Assembly: GCA_048268785.1 (NCBI GenBank)
Contig: JBLWUV010000001.1
Location: 300,962 to 364,961, forward strand
DNA: 64,000 bases
Direction of reading: 5' to 3'
DNA from: Aequorivita sp.
GTDB taxonomy: Bacteria; Bacteroidota; Bacteroidia; Flavobacteriales; Flavobacteriaceae
Shown here: in pieces, positions 27,672-37,508 of the stretch
Layout of the letters: each line of letters starts with the position of its first letter
Position numbering within the stretch: the first letter of the stretch is position 1
The notes under the pieces: generated by a model
Seen by the model: only the letters and a program-made list of their open reading frames with translations
What the model was told of the DNA's origin: nothing
Databases searched by the model: none
Translations under genes and position numbers: made by a program

Positions 27672-28334
27672 TTATTCGATTTTTGCAGAGTCGTAGATTT
27701 TTGGCCAGTTTCCGGTCGTGTTCACTTCTTCCAGCGAACCTACTTTAATATCTGGGCCGTTCACACCGTCAACGGACTGAACTTGCAATTCCTGAATAAC
27801 CAAGTCCTTGTCCAAATCTGAAAGGATTACCTTTTTAGGAACCTTCGCCTCAAAAACGGAATAAGAAGCATCGTTTTTCACAATTTTGCCAGCTTTAAGT
27901 TCGAACTTGGCATTTACGCCTTCCACGGGCACGTTCATCATGGTTTTATAGCGGTCGCTGGAACCGAAAAGCGAATCTTTTACTGGGGTAAAACCTAAGG
28001 TGTCAATAAGCGATTTTTCAATGAAATAACCTTCAGAAATACCGAAGGCCTTGTTTTTGGCCACGTCGGCAAAACTGGTGTCGCGTCTTTGGGTAATGGC
28101 GAATTTGGCGGTGTCAATAAAACGGATCAGGCTGTCCCAATCGCCGGTAAAAGTGCCGGTTATTTCCTTGTGGGCCAATTCTGCGGCTTGAATATCCTTT
28201 AAATTTTGGATCACTTTAACGTAACGTGCCTCCTTAATTTTGTTGAATTCCACCGGGCCCATAACCGAGTTCCATAATTTCCAGCCCAAAAAAATGATGA
28301 CAATCCAAAGAACGATCTGAATTACTAATTTCAT
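27672..28334 (-). CDS. Hypothetical membrane-anchored protein
   Basis: 220 aa with a single N-terminal TM helix (MKLVIQIVLWIVIIFLGWKLW). No family recognised. Confidence 0.6.
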   Translation of the reverse strand: MKLVIQIVLWIVIIFLGWKLWNSVMGPVEFNKIKEARYVKVIQNLKDIQAAELAHKEITGTFTGDWDSLIRFIDTAKFAITQRRDTSFADVAKNKAFGISEGYFIEKSLIDTLGFTPVKDSLFGSSDRYKTMMNVPVEGVNAKFELKAGKIVKNDASYSVFEAKVPKKVILSDLDKDLVIQELQVQSVDGVNGPDIKVGSLEEVNTTGNWPKIYDSAKIE

Positions 28335-28463
28335 TATTGATTTTTATTTAAGTGTTGATTTTACTAAAAGGTCTATCGCAAATCTACAATTTTTTTTTGT
28401 TCACAAAAGTATATTCCGAAAAAATCATGGCTATCTTTAAACCCATAATTACAGCTCCAAACG

Positions 28464-29888
28464 ATGCATCAATCAGAATTTTACGCTTTTTTAAAGAATG
28501 GTTTTCCACACAATACCACCCCTAAACAAGATATCGCGCTTCAATTGTTGGCCAAATTTGTTTTGGAAAGCGGTAAAAATGCCACCTTTTTATTAAAGGG
28601 ATATGCGGGAACGGGTAAAACGACCATCATTGGCGCATTGGTGCAGAATCTTGCAAAGGCGAAGACCCGTTCGGTACTTTTGGCACCTACAGGAAGGGCG
28701 GCCAAAGTGATCAGTAATTATTCCAAAAAACAGGCTTTTACCATCCACAAAAAAATATATTTTCCAAAAAGTGAAAAAGGGTCTGTTTCGTTTACGCTAC
28801 AGCAAAACAAGCATCGTGATACACTTTTTATCGTGGACGAAGCGTCGATGATTCCCGATCGCAACCTGGACGCGAAACTTTTTCAAAATGGGTCGTTGTT
28901 GGATGATTTGATGCAGTATGTGTACAGCGGGCACAATTGCAAACTTTTGCTTATTGGCGATGCCGCCCAGTTGCCGCCCGTCCATTTGGATATAAGCCCC
29001 GCTTTGGATCCGGAAATTTTGGAGAACCAATACAGTCGCGAGCTGCTAAAGATTGAATTGGACGAAGTAGTAAGGCAGCAAAAAGACAGCGGTATTTTGG
29101 CCAATGCCACAAAAATCAGGGAATGTTTGGATACTGGTGGCTATGGCGATTTTCGATTTTCGGAAATTCGATATCCGGACATCATTAGACCCGTGGATGG
29201 CCAAGAAATTATGGATGCCATCAACGATAGTTATTCCATTAATGGAAAAGAGGATACGGTGATCATTGTCCGCTCAAACAAAAGGGCAAATCTTTATAAC
29301 CAAAGCATTCGCGAGCGCATCCTGTTTCAGGAATCGGAACTTTCCGCAGGCGATTATCTAATGGTAGTCAAGAACAATTATTTTTGGGTTGCTAATTCCA
29401 GCGAGGCCGGATTTATTGCCAATGGCGATATTGTGGAAATCCTTGAAATTTTCGCCTTTAAAGAACTGTACGGTTTCCGTTTTGCCGAAGTAAAAATTAG
29501 GATGGTAGATTACCCTAATATGAAACCTTTGGAAACGGTGCTGCTTTTGGACACGCTTACCTCCGAAAACCCATCGCTTACCTATGACGAGGCAAACACC
29601 TTATACCAAGAGGTTATGAAGGATTACGCTGCAGAAAAATCGAAGTACAAGAAGTTTTTGGCAGTAAAAAACAATAAATATTTTAATGCCCTGCAGGTTA
29701 AATTCAGTTATGCCATTACCTGTCATAAATCGCAGGGCGGGCAATGGAATACGGTCTTTGTGGAACAGCCCTACCTGCCCAACGGAATGGACCGCGAGTA
29801 TCTGCGATGGCTTTACACCGCCGTAACGCGAGCCCGAGAAAAATTATATTTAATAGGTTTTAAGGATGAATATTTTGTGGAACGATAG
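28464..29888 (+). CDS. RecD-like SF1 DNA helicase (AAA_30 / UvrD_C_2 type)
   Basis: 474 aa. Walker A GYAGTGKTT, Walker B LFIVDEASM, and the C-terminal motif AITCHKSQGGQWNTVF. Confidence 0.85.
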   Translation: MHQSEFYAFLKNGFPHNTTPKQDIALQLLAKFVLESGKNATFLLKGYAGTGKTTIIGALVQNLAKAKTRSVLLAPTGRAAKVISNYSKKQAFTIHKKIYFPKSEKGSVSFTLQQNKHRDTLFIVDEASMIPDRNLDAKLFQNGSLLDDLMQYVYSGHNCKLLLIGDAAQLPPVHLDISPALDPEILENQYSRELLKIELDEVVRQQKDSGILANATKIRECLDTGGYGDFRFSEIRYPDIIRPVDGQEIMDAINDSYSINGKEDTVIIVRSNKRANLYNQSIRERILFQESELSAGDYLMVVKNNYFWVANSSEAGFIANGDIVEILEIFAFKELYGFRFAEVKIRMVDYPNMKPLETVLLLDTLTSENPSLTYDEANTLYQEVMKDYAAEKSKYKKFLAVKNNKYFNALQVKFSYAITCHKSQGGQWNTVFVEQPYLPNGMDREYLRWLYTAVTRAREKLYLIGFKDEYFVER

Positions 29889-30012
29889 CTTGCGACTGCT
29901 TTCATTGGCTATTGAACGCATAATTTTATTGACGCAAAACATGTATTTTTATGTTGCTGGCGAAAGCCAATAAAATATTTTCGTCCACCATTTTTAAGAT
30001 TGAAAATCAACA

Positions 30013-30591
30013 ATGGAAATTTTTGAAATCATATTAAGTGTTTCCTTGGGAATTGGTCTGGCAGCTGCCGTGGGGTTTCGCGTTTTTCTGCCGTTGTTGG
30101 CCTTGAGCGTCGCTGGTTATTTTGACGTGGTTCCGTTAAATGAAAATTGGCAATGGCTTGGCAGCCTTACCGCTATCATAATTCTGGGGGTGGCAACCCT
30201 GATCGAGATTTTTGGCTATTACATTCCGTGGTTGGACAATCTGTTGGACACCTTGGCCTTGCCGTTGGCCACCGTTGCCGGTACGGCCGTAATGGTGGCG
30301 ACCCTTACCGAAATAAACCCTGTAATTACTTGGGCATTGGCAATAATTGCCGGCGGAGGAACAGCGGCTGCCATTCGCGGGAATTCCGCAGCGGCCCGTT
30401 TAACTTCCAGCACCACGACTGGGGGAGTGGCAAACCCGATTATAAGCACGGTGGAAACGGGAACCTCCATAGTGATGGCGGTGGTTGCCATCTTCATTCC
30501 TTTGCTCGCAATTGGGTTGGTTTTGCTCTTGTTTTTTGGAATGTTTCGGTTTTATAAAAAGCTTCGGAAAAAACGATTGCCAAGAACTTAA
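30013..30591 (+). CDS. DUF4126-like integral membrane protein
   Basis: 192 aa with multiple Gly/Ala-rich TM helices and a basic C-terminal tail. Confidence 0.7.
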   Translation: MEIFEIILSVSLGIGLAAAVGFRVFLPLLALSVAGYFDVVPLNENWQWLGSLTAIIILGVATLIEIFGYYIPWLDNLLDTLALPLATVAGTAVMVATLTEINPVITWALAIIAGGGTAAAIRGNSAAARLTSSTTTGGVANPIISTVETGTSIVMAVVAIFIPLLAIGLVLLLFFGMFRFYKKLRKKRLPRT

Positions 30592-30627
30592 ACTTCTTAT
30601 TTTTGAATTCATTTAAATTTTTACGAC

Positions 30628-32457
30628 TTGAAAGTAATAGCTATGATTCCCGCGCGTTACGGCGCTTCACGATTTCCCGGAAAATTAATGCAGGATTTGG
30701 GCGGAAAGCCCGTAATTGTAAGGACCTATGAAGCCGCCAAAGCTACCCAGCTGTTTGATGAAGTGTATGTGGTTACCGATAGCGATATTATTTTTAAGGA
30801 AATTGAACTTTACGGCGGAAAGGCCATTATGAGCCAAAAGGACCACGACTGCGGAAGTGACCGAATTGCAGAAGCCGTAGAAAATATGGATGTGGACATT
30901 GTGGTAAACGTGCAGGGCGATGAACCCTTCACCAGTCGGGAAGGCTTGGAAAAAGTGCTTTCGGTTTTCAATGAACCGGATGCCCACAAAATTGATCTTG
31001 CATCGCTGATGACCGAAATCCACGATTGGAAGGAAATCAACGATCCAAATACGGTGAAGGTGATCGTTGATAAGGACAACTTTGCGCTTTATTTTTCACG
31101 CTCGCCCATACCGTATCCCCGCGATAAAAATGTCGCCATCCAATATTATAAACACAAAGGAATCTACGCTTTTAGAAAACAGGCGATTATGGATTTCTAC
31201 CGATTGCCCATGCGCGCGCTCGAAGCGGTGGAAAAAATTGAATGTATCCGCTATTTGGAATATGGCAAGAATATAAAAATGGCCATTTCCAACACAACGG
31301 GCGTTGAGATAGACACCCCCGAAGACCTCGTGCGGGCCAACAAATTGTTGAAGGAAAGCAAGCCTGACACCGTAAACAATAAGTTCCGAAATTTTCCAAT
31401 GGTGCCGAAGGTGGTTTTTGGCGAAGGCAGCTTTGACCAGCTTAGCTCCATTTTGGCTTCCCAAAAAAAGAAAAACGCCCCCTTTATTTTTTTGATTGAC
31501 GATATTTTTGAAAAGGATGTCGAATTTCTTGACCGGATTAATCTTCATTTTAATGATAAAATAATCTTCATTTCCGCAGATGAAGAACCCAAAACCTCCC
31601 AAGTTGATGGCTTGGTAAAGGATATTAAGGAAGAATTTACCTATTCACCCTCCGGAATTATCGGCATCGGGGGCGGAACCGTAATGGACCTTGCCAAGGC
31701 CGTTTCCATAATGTTGCTCAACCAAGGCAGCGCTGCAGATTATCAGGGTTGGGATTTGGTAAAACACAAGGCGGTCTATCACGTGGGGATTCCTACTATT
31801 TCGGGCACCGGTGCTGAAGTTTCCAGGACTACGGTCCTGACGGGACCGGTTCGAAAGTTAGGTATCAATAGTGATTTTACCCCTTTTGATCAAGTAATTT
31901 TAGACCCGGAACTTACCCGCGGCGTTCCAAAAAACCAGTGGTTCTATACCGGTATGGATTGTTTTATTCATTGTGTGGAGTCCCTCAATGGAACTTTTTT
32001 GAACGCTTTCAGCCAGAGTTATGGCGAAAAGGCCTACGATTTGTGCAAGGAAATTTTCTTGGGCGATACGCTTTCTGAAGCTGAATCGCGCGCAAAGTTA
32101 ATGATGGCCTCGTGGCACGGCGGCATGAGTATTGCCTACTCGCAGGTGGGCGTGGCCCACGCCATGAGTTATGGACTTGGTTATGTTTTGGGAACCAAAC
32201 ACGGCGTGGGCAACTGTATCGTGTTTCAACATTTGGAGGAGTTTTATCCTGAAGATGTGGCCCTGTTTAAACAAATGGTTTCAAAGCATCGCATTGAAAT
32301 TCCACACGGAATTTGTAGCAATTTGACCGAAGATCAATTGAACACGATGATAACCGTCGCCCTTGGAATGGTTCCCCTATGGGAAAATGCCCTCGGCAGT
32401 GAGTGGGAGCAAATTATTACTCCCGAAAAATTAAGGGCATTATATCTAAAGATGTAG
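30628..32457 (+). CDS. kdsB: Fusion protein: 3-deoxy-manno-octulosonate cytidylyltransferase (KdsB) N-domain plus iron-containing alcohol dehydrogenase-family C-domain
   Basis: 609 aa. Residues 1-~245 are KdsB-like ([15 protein letters not shown]...NVQGDEP...EIDTPEDL). Residues ~255-609 carry Fe-ADH motifs ([22 protein letters not shown], and the His-rich metal site DCFIHCVES / [10 protein letters not shown] / HGVGNC). TTG start at 30628; alternative ATG at 30643. Confidence 0.85.
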   Translation: MKVIAMIPARYGASRFPGKLMQDLGGKPVIVRTYEAAKATQLFDEVYVVTDSDIIFKEIELYGGKAIMSQKDHDCGSDRIAEAVENMDVDIVVNVQGDEPFTSREGLEKVLSVFNEPDAHKIDLASLMTEIHDWKEINDPNTVKVIVDKDNFALYFSRSPIPYPRDKNVAIQYYKHKGIYAFRKQAIMDFYRLPMRALEAVEKIECIRYLEYGKNIKMAISNTTGVEIDTPEDLVRANKLLKESKPDTVNNKFRNFPMVPKVVFGEGSFDQLSSILASQKKKNAPFIFLIDDIFEKDVEFLDRINLHFNDKIIFISADEEPKTSQVDGLVKDIKEEFTYSPSGIIGIGGGTVMDLAKAVSIMLLNQGSAADYQGWDLVKHKAVYHVGIPTISGTGAEVSRTTVLTGPVRKLGINSDFTPFDQVILDPELTRGVPKNQWFYTGMDCFIHCVESLNGTFLNAFSQSYGEKAYDLCKEIFLGDTLSEAESRAKLMMASWHGGMSIAYSQVGVAHAMSYGLGYVLGTKHGVGNCIVFQHLEEFYPEDVALFKQMVSKHRIEIPHGICSNLTEDQLNTMITVALGMVPLWENALGSEWEQIITPEKLRALYLKM

Positions 32458-32472
32458 TTAATTCCAATTCAA

Positions 32473-33009
32473 ATGGGGCTTGCAAAATTTATTTTTGAAA
32501 ATGTAATGGGTTGGAAAATTGAAGGGGCTTTTGATCCTTCCATAAAAAAATCGGTGGTGATTGTGGTGCCACACACCAGTTGGCACGACTTTTACATCGG
32601 AGCCTTCGCCCGAAAAATTTTAAAGACCCAAATAAATTACATTGCAAAAAAGGAATTGTTTACCTGGCCTTTTGGATGGTATTTTCGCTGGATGGGAGGC
32701 GCGCCCTTGGACAGAAGCGCCGGGCAAAACCAAGTGGAAGCGATTGCGGAAATTTTTAAAAACAAAACCGAATTCCGATTGGCGATGTCGCCCGAAGGTA
32801 CCCGCAAAAAAGTGGAAGTTTGGAAAACCGGATTCTATTATATTTCCTTGGCAGCCAATGTCCCCATCATTCCGGTAGCGTTTGATTATGCCACAAAACG
32901 GGTAATTGTGAACCCGCCTTTTTATCCCACGGGCAATATTGAAGCAGATACCTTGAAACTCCGCTCTTTTTACAAAGGAATTAACGGAAAAAAACCCGAA
33001 TTCTCATAA
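32473..33009 (+). CDS. Lysophospholipid / 1-acyl-sn-glycerol-3-phosphate acyltransferase family protein
   Basis: 178 aa. HX4D motif (HTSWHD) and an EGTR motif (SPEGTR). Starts 16 nt after the kdsB fusion gene. Confidence 0.8.
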   Translation: MGLAKFIFENVMGWKIEGAFDPSIKKSVVIVVPHTSWHDFYIGAFARKILKTQINYIAKKELFTWPFGWYFRWMGGAPLDRSAGQNQVEAIAEIFKNKTEFRLAMSPEGTRKKVEVWKTGFYYISLAANVPIIPVAFDYATKRVIVNPPFYPTGNIEADTLKLRSFYKGINGKKPEFS

Positions 33010-33094
33010 CGGAAAACACTCGTTCGCCCGAGATTTATTTTCCTGCGTTTTTATAAATAAAAAATTTCCCAAAAATGTTTCTGAAACCCAGCAA

Positions 33095-33817
33095 TTATTC
33101 CTCGCCAGATTCTTCCATGGTGTGGTAAACATTTTGAACGTCGTCATCCTCCTCAATTTTTTCGAGCAGCTTTTCAACATCGGCCACCTGTGCTTCGGAT
33201 AGTTTTTTGGTAACCTGCGGAATCCGTTCAAAACCTGAGGAAAGAATTTCAATTTTGTTTTCTTCCAAATAGGATTGGATGGCGCCGAAACTTTCAAAGG
33301 GAGCATAAATCATGATGCCATCTTCATCCTCAAAAATTTCCTCTACGCCGTGGTCTATCAATTCCAGCTCCAACTCCTCAATGTCCAATCCGTCGGGATT
33401 TATCCTGAAATTGCAGGTGTGGTCGAACATAAAGGAAACTGAGCCAGAGGTTCCCAAACTTCCGTCGCATTTGTTGAAATAGCTGCGGATATTGGCAACG
33501 GTTCGGGTGTTGTTGTCGGTAGCGGTTTCAATCAAAATGGCAATCCCGTGCGGGGCATAGCCTTCAAAAAGAACTTCCTTATAATCGCCCAAATTTTTGT
33601 CGCTCGCACGTTTAATGGCGCGCTCCACGTTTTCCTTGGGCATGTTCACCGCTTTTGCGTTTTGGATCACGGCGCGCAGTCGGGAATTTGCATCCGGATC
33701 GGGGCCACCTTCCTTTACGGCCATTACAATATCTTTACCAATGCGCGTAAAAGCTTTGGACATAGCGGACCAGCGCTTCATTTTTCTCGCTTTTCTAAAC
33801 TCAAAAGCTCTTCCCAT
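33095..33817 (-). CDS. yebC: YebC/PmpR family transcriptional regulator
   Basis: 240 aa. N-terminus MGRAFEFRKARKMKRW...K.FTR..K.I is diagnostic. Confidence 0.95.
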   Translation of the reverse strand: MGRAFEFRKARKMKRWSAMSKAFTRIGKDIVMAVKEGGPDPDANSRLRAVIQNAKAVNMPKENVERAIKRASDKNLGDYKEVLFEGYAPHGIAILIETATDNNTRTVANIRSYFNKCDGSLGTSGSVSFMFDHTCNFRINPDGLDIEELELELIDHGVEEIFEDEDGIMIYAPFESFGAIQSYLEENKIEILSSGFERIPQVTKKLSEAQVADVEKLLEKIEEDDDVQNVYHTMEESGEE

Positions 33818-34031
33818 AAATTAGTTTCTATTGTTATTCTTAATCTTTTATTTTAAAAAAGGTTCAAATTTAAAAAATTCCAAAAACCGAGCAGCAAATC
33901 TCCTTTAAATATTAAAGCCCAAAACGAGGAACCTCAATTTAATCCAAAATTATTGCCTTCAGTTTAAAGAGTCAATCCCTTAAAAAATAATTCTTTCAGC
34001 AATTCTTTGGATTTGAAAACTATTTAGATAG

Positions 34032-34313
34032 TTAACCGATAAGTTCGTCAATAATCCTGGCAAGTTCAAAGTCCTTTTCGGTAACGCCATCGGCATCGTG
34101 GGTGGAAAGATAGATTTCCAGCGAATTGTAAACATTGCTCCATTCGGGATGGTGCTGTAATTTTTCGGCTTCAAATGCAATGCGTGTCATTGCCGAAAAA
34201 GCTTCCTTAAAATCCTCAAATTCAAAAATGGTGTGCAGGGCACCTTCGTGATAATCCCAGCCTTCAAAATTCTTTAATTTTTCGGTAATCTGTTTTTCTG
34301 ATAGTGCTTTCAT
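34032..34313 (-). CDS. phhB: 4a-hydroxytetrahydrobiopterin (pterin-4a-carbinolamine) dehydratase
   Basis: 93 aa from ATG 34313 (MKALSEKQITEKLKNFEGW...HHPEW.NVYN...L.THD). The 42 codons upstream in the track ORF translate a repeat (SLASLASLA). Confidence 0.9.
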   Translation of the reverse strand: MKALSEKQITEKLKNFEGWDYHEGALHTIFEFEDFKEAFSAMTRIAFEAEKLQHHPEWSNVYNSLEIYLSTHDADGVTEKDFELARIIDELIG

Positions 34314-34392
34314 AGTATTTGTTTTATTGGTTATGCCACTAATTTTCGCAGCTTTTTTTGGTGGGGCGCAGTACGCCTTTATGCTGTGATGA

Positions 34393-34449
34393 GCCGCAAG
34401 AGACGCAAGAGACGCAAGAGAATATAGAGACGCAAGCATTGCGTCTTTA
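34393..34449. repeat. 3 x CGCAAGAGA tandem repeat followed by an AGACGCAA-GCA-TTGCGTCT hairpin
   Basis: ccgcaagagacgcaagagacgcaagagaatatagagacgcaagcattgcgtctttacgg. The stem sequence is related to the hairpins at 13160..13208. Confidence 0.7.
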
Positions 34450-34455
34450 CGGATC

Positions 34456-35313
34456 CTACTTGATCGAGAGTATCTCCTCGTTTAGGCTACACTCCTCGAT
34501 GACTGCTGCCACTGTAATCTGGTGTTGCGCCGGCAGGCTGTTGTGCTTCGGCAGTAGCGCTTGGTATTGATCTTCATTGCTGTTGTAAACGCTTTTAAAG
34601 ATAGGCATTTTATCGCCTATTTTCGCCGTGATTTCCCGAAAAAGGTCCTCGTGGTGCACCATATCATTGCTTGCCAAATGAAAAATTCCGGAAAGCGATT
34701 GATTTAAAATAAAATGGATTTGTTGGCAAACTTTGTTGACCGTAGTGGCGGAAATAATCAAGTTTGGAAAAACCTCAAAGGCCGCTTGATGCCTAATGCA
34801 CTGGCGAAGATGCAATATTTCCGGGGAATTGATCCCCAACACCATCGGCAATCTTGCAATGGTTGTTTGCGAGGGAATGTTTTCCAAAAATAATTTTTCA
34901 ATCGCAATTTTTAATCTTCCTGTTTTGGTTTCGGAAACGGTTTGGTCAAATTCATAAGATGGGTGCGAGACTTTTCCATTAAAAACCTCAGCCGAAGAAA
35001 TATAGAAGACCCGACTGGTGGGATGGAGCAGGGCATAGGCCATCAACTCGCGATGTGCTTCCAGTTGGCTTTTAAAATCGCCGTTCAGGGTGGAGATAAT
35101 ATGGGTAGGCTGTAACGAATTCAATAACAAAAACAGCGAATCCTCCTCCACACAATAGCTATGGAACACCTGATTGTCGCCAAAATTTCCGTGCTGTCGG
35201 CAATAGGTTCCGTGTACCTCAAAATAGGGATGAAGCTCCTTGTAAAGGGCGTTGCCAATAAAACCGCTGCCGCCCAAAATCAAAATACGTTGCTTTTTCG
35301 CCTTTTTAGCCAT
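34456..35313 (-). CDS. NAD(P)-dependent sugar-nucleotide epimerase/reductase family protein (RmlD-like)
   Basis: 285 aa with Rossmann motif ILILGGSGFIGNALYKEL. The specific substrate cannot be called. Confidence 0.7.
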   Translation of the reverse strand: MAKKAKKQRILILGGSGFIGNALYKELHPYFEVHGTYCRQHGNFGDNQVFHSYCVEEDSLFLLLNSLQPTHIISTLNGDFKSQLEAHRELMAYALLHPTSRVFYISSAEVFNGKVSHPSYEFDQTVSETKTGRLKIAIEKLFLENIPSQTTIARLPMVLGINSPEILHLRQCIRHQAAFEVFPNLIISATTVNKVCQQIHFILNQSLSGIFHLASNDMVHHEDLFREITAKIGDKMPIFKSVYNSNEDQYQALLPKHNSLPAQHQITVAAVIEECSLNEEILSIK

Positions 35314-35329
35314 TAAACCGTTGCTATTT

Positions 35330-36244
35330 TTAAAAAATGGAAAGTTTGGTTTTTGTGGTAAACTGTTCCAACGCCTTCATTCCCAAATAGGAATTTCCTT
35401 TGGGGTTCAGGGCCGGTGCCCAAGTTGCAATGGTAAAACAGTGGGGCAGGAGTGCCACAATACCTCCGCCAACACCGCTTTTACCGGGCAAACCTACTTC
35501 AAAGGCAAACTCGCCCGCTTCATCATAAAAACCACAGGTTAGCATAATGGCGTTTATCCGCTTTACCTGACTGGAAGTTAAATGCTGCACCTGCTTTAAA
35601 CATTTGCCCTGGTTCGCAAAAACGAAAAAAGCATTGGTCAACTGCCTACAATCCATCATTATGGCGCATTGGTGAAAGTAGAAATCCAATACGTCGGCCA
35701 CGCTATTGTTCAAATTGCCATAGGCCTTCAATAGATTGGCGGCCGCATAGTTATTGAAACCTGTGACGCGCTCGGATTCAGCGATTTTCTCATTATAGGA
35801 AATGGTGTCGTCATGGGCCAATTCACGCACAAAATTTAAAAAGTCCAATTTGGGATTTTTTAAGTGCGAAAGCAGCACGTCTGCAACCACGATGGCCCCC
35901 GAATTGATCAAAGGGTTTCGCGGAATGCCGTCCTCCAATTCCAAAAGGGAAAGGTGATTGAAGGGGTTTCCCGAAGGTTCCACATCAACACGCTTCCATA
36001 AATCATTGCCCACCAATTGGAACGCCTTGGCCAGCGACAGTACTTTTGAAATACTTTGGATGGAAAACTTCTCCGTCGCATCGCCCACGGAATAATTTTC
36101 TCCGGTAATCAGTTGCAAATGGATGCCCAGTTTTTCTTTGGGAACCGTTGCCAATTCTGGAATATAACTCGCTACCTCACCCGTGTTTTCGGTTTTTTGG
36201 AGCGAAGCCTTTATAGCTTCCAAAATGGCTTGATAATTCAACAT
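35330..36244 (-). CDS. glsA: Glutaminase A
   Basis: 304 aa with motifs ASYIPELA and SISKV and a beta-lactamase-like fold length. The start overlaps the gcvT stop. Confidence 0.9.
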   Translation of the reverse strand: MLNYQAILEAIKASLQKTENTGEVASYIPELATVPKEKLGIHLQLITGENYSVGDATEKFSIQSISKVLSLAKAFQLVGNDLWKRVDVEPSGNPFNHLSLLELEDGIPRNPLINSGAIVVADVLLSHLKNPKLDFLNFVRELAHDDTISYNEKIAESERVTGFNNYAAANLLKAYGNLNNSVADVLDFYFHQCAIMMDCRQLTNAFFVFANQGKCLKQVQHLTSSQVKRINAIMLTCGFYDEAGEFAFEVGLPGKSGVGGGIVALLPHCFTIATWAPALNPKGNSYLGMKALEQFTTKTKLSIF

Positions 36245-37332
36245 TATCCTTTATAAAATGGAGTTTTCACTACGGTTGCCGCAACGGGTTTGTTTCGAAT
36301 CTGTATAAAAATTTGGGTACCTGGCTCACTGTTTTCCGTAGTAACGTAGCCCAAACCAATACCTTTGTTCAACGATGGCGCCATGGTTCCGCTGGTCACG
36401 ATGCCGATATTTTTTCCATCTTTGTCCACAATTTCATAATCGTGGCGAGGAATGCCGCGTTCGGTAAGTTCAAAACCAATCAACTTTCTTCTTACTCCCT
36501 CTTCCTTTTGTTTTTTTAGGTTTTCGGAATTTATAAAGTTCTTCGTAAATTTTGTAATCCACCCCAAACCTGCTTCCAAGGGCGAGGTATTGTCATTGAT
36601 ATCATTACCATAAAGACAGAATCCCATTTCTAACCGAAGCGTATCGCGGGCAGCCAAACCGATAGGTTTTATGCCGAATTCCTTTCCGGCCTCCATCACC
36701 TTGTTCCAAACCTGCTCCACTTCGTCGTTGGTGCAATAAATTTCAAAGCCGCCACTGCCGGTATAGCCCGTGGCACTGATGATCACGGAATCAATTCCGG
36801 CGAAATCCGCCACCTTAAAATGATAAAATTTTATATCGCTTAAATCTACCGAAGTCAGCGATTGCATAGCTTCCACCGCTTTTGGTCCCTGAATTGCCAA
36901 TAGCGAATAGTCATCGGAAAGATTGCGCATTTCGGCGCCCATAGTGTTGTGTTTCGAAATCCAATTCCAATCCTTCTCGATGTTGGAGGCGTTCACCACC
37001 AACAAATATTTCCCATCCTCAAATTTATAAACGATCAGGTCGTCCACGATGCCGCCTTTTTCGTTTGGCATGCAATTATATTGGGCCTGTCCGTCGGCGA
37101 TTTTTGAAATATCGTTGCTGCAAATTTTTTGGAGCAAATCGAGCGCATTGGGGCCGGTGATCAAAAATTCACCCATATGCGACACGTCGAAAACGCCCAC
37201 GGCCTTGCGCACGGTTTCGTGTTCTGCATTAACGCCTTCATAGGACACTGGCATATTGAAGCCCGCAAAGGGAACCATTTTGGCGCCCAATTTTTCGTGT
37301 AGGTGGGAGAGTGCTGTATTTTTCATAATCAT
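36244..37332 (-). CDS. gcvT: Glycine cleavage system aminomethyltransferase T
   Basis: 362 aa. [17 protein letters not shown]...VFDVSHMGE is typical of GcvT. The start may be ATG 37326 (MKNTAL). Confidence 0.95.
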   Translation of the reverse strand: MIMKNTALSHLHEKLGAKMVPFAGFNMPVSYEGVNAEHETVRKAVGVFDVSHMGEFLITGPNALDLLQKICSNDISKIADGQAQYNCMPNEKGGIVDDLIVYKFEDGKYLLVVNASNIEKDWNWISKHNTMGAEMRNLSDDYSLLAIQGPKAVEAMQSLTSVDLSDIKFYHFKVADFAGIDSVIISATGYTGSGGFEIYCTNDEVEQVWNKVMEAGKEFGIKPIGLAARDTLRLEMGFCLYGNDINDNTSPLEAGLGWITKFTKNFINSENLKKQKEEGVRRKLIGFELTERGIPRHDYEIVDKDGKNIGIVTSGTMAPSLNKGIGLGYVTTENSEPGTQIFIQIRNKPVAATVVKTPFYKG

Positions 37333-37508
37333 TTCCGCGAAGGCGGCAATTTATTGGAGGTTGATAAAAATTTAAGTTTCGCAAATGTATTACAATACAA
37401 ACAAGATAGCCATTGTTTTTGCGGTTTCTTTTCAACAAAGGCGGCGTTAAAATCGTCTTAACCGGCGGCGATGTTCCCAATGTTTTCGATACTTTTAAAG
37501 AAAAAACC

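Noticed and set aside
33004-33306. 100-aa minus-strand ORF overlapping the 3' end of yebC
   Set aside because: It is out of frame within yebC and extends into the intergenic region. No motifs are present, and yebC explains the region.
37333-37508. Possible glycine riboswitch upstream of gcvT
   Set aside because: The minus-strand leader lacks the conserved glycine-aptamer elements (GGAGAG..., CACCGAAGGGGCAA-like, CUCUGGAGA). A vaguely similar CCGCGAAGGCGGCAA is on the wrong strand.
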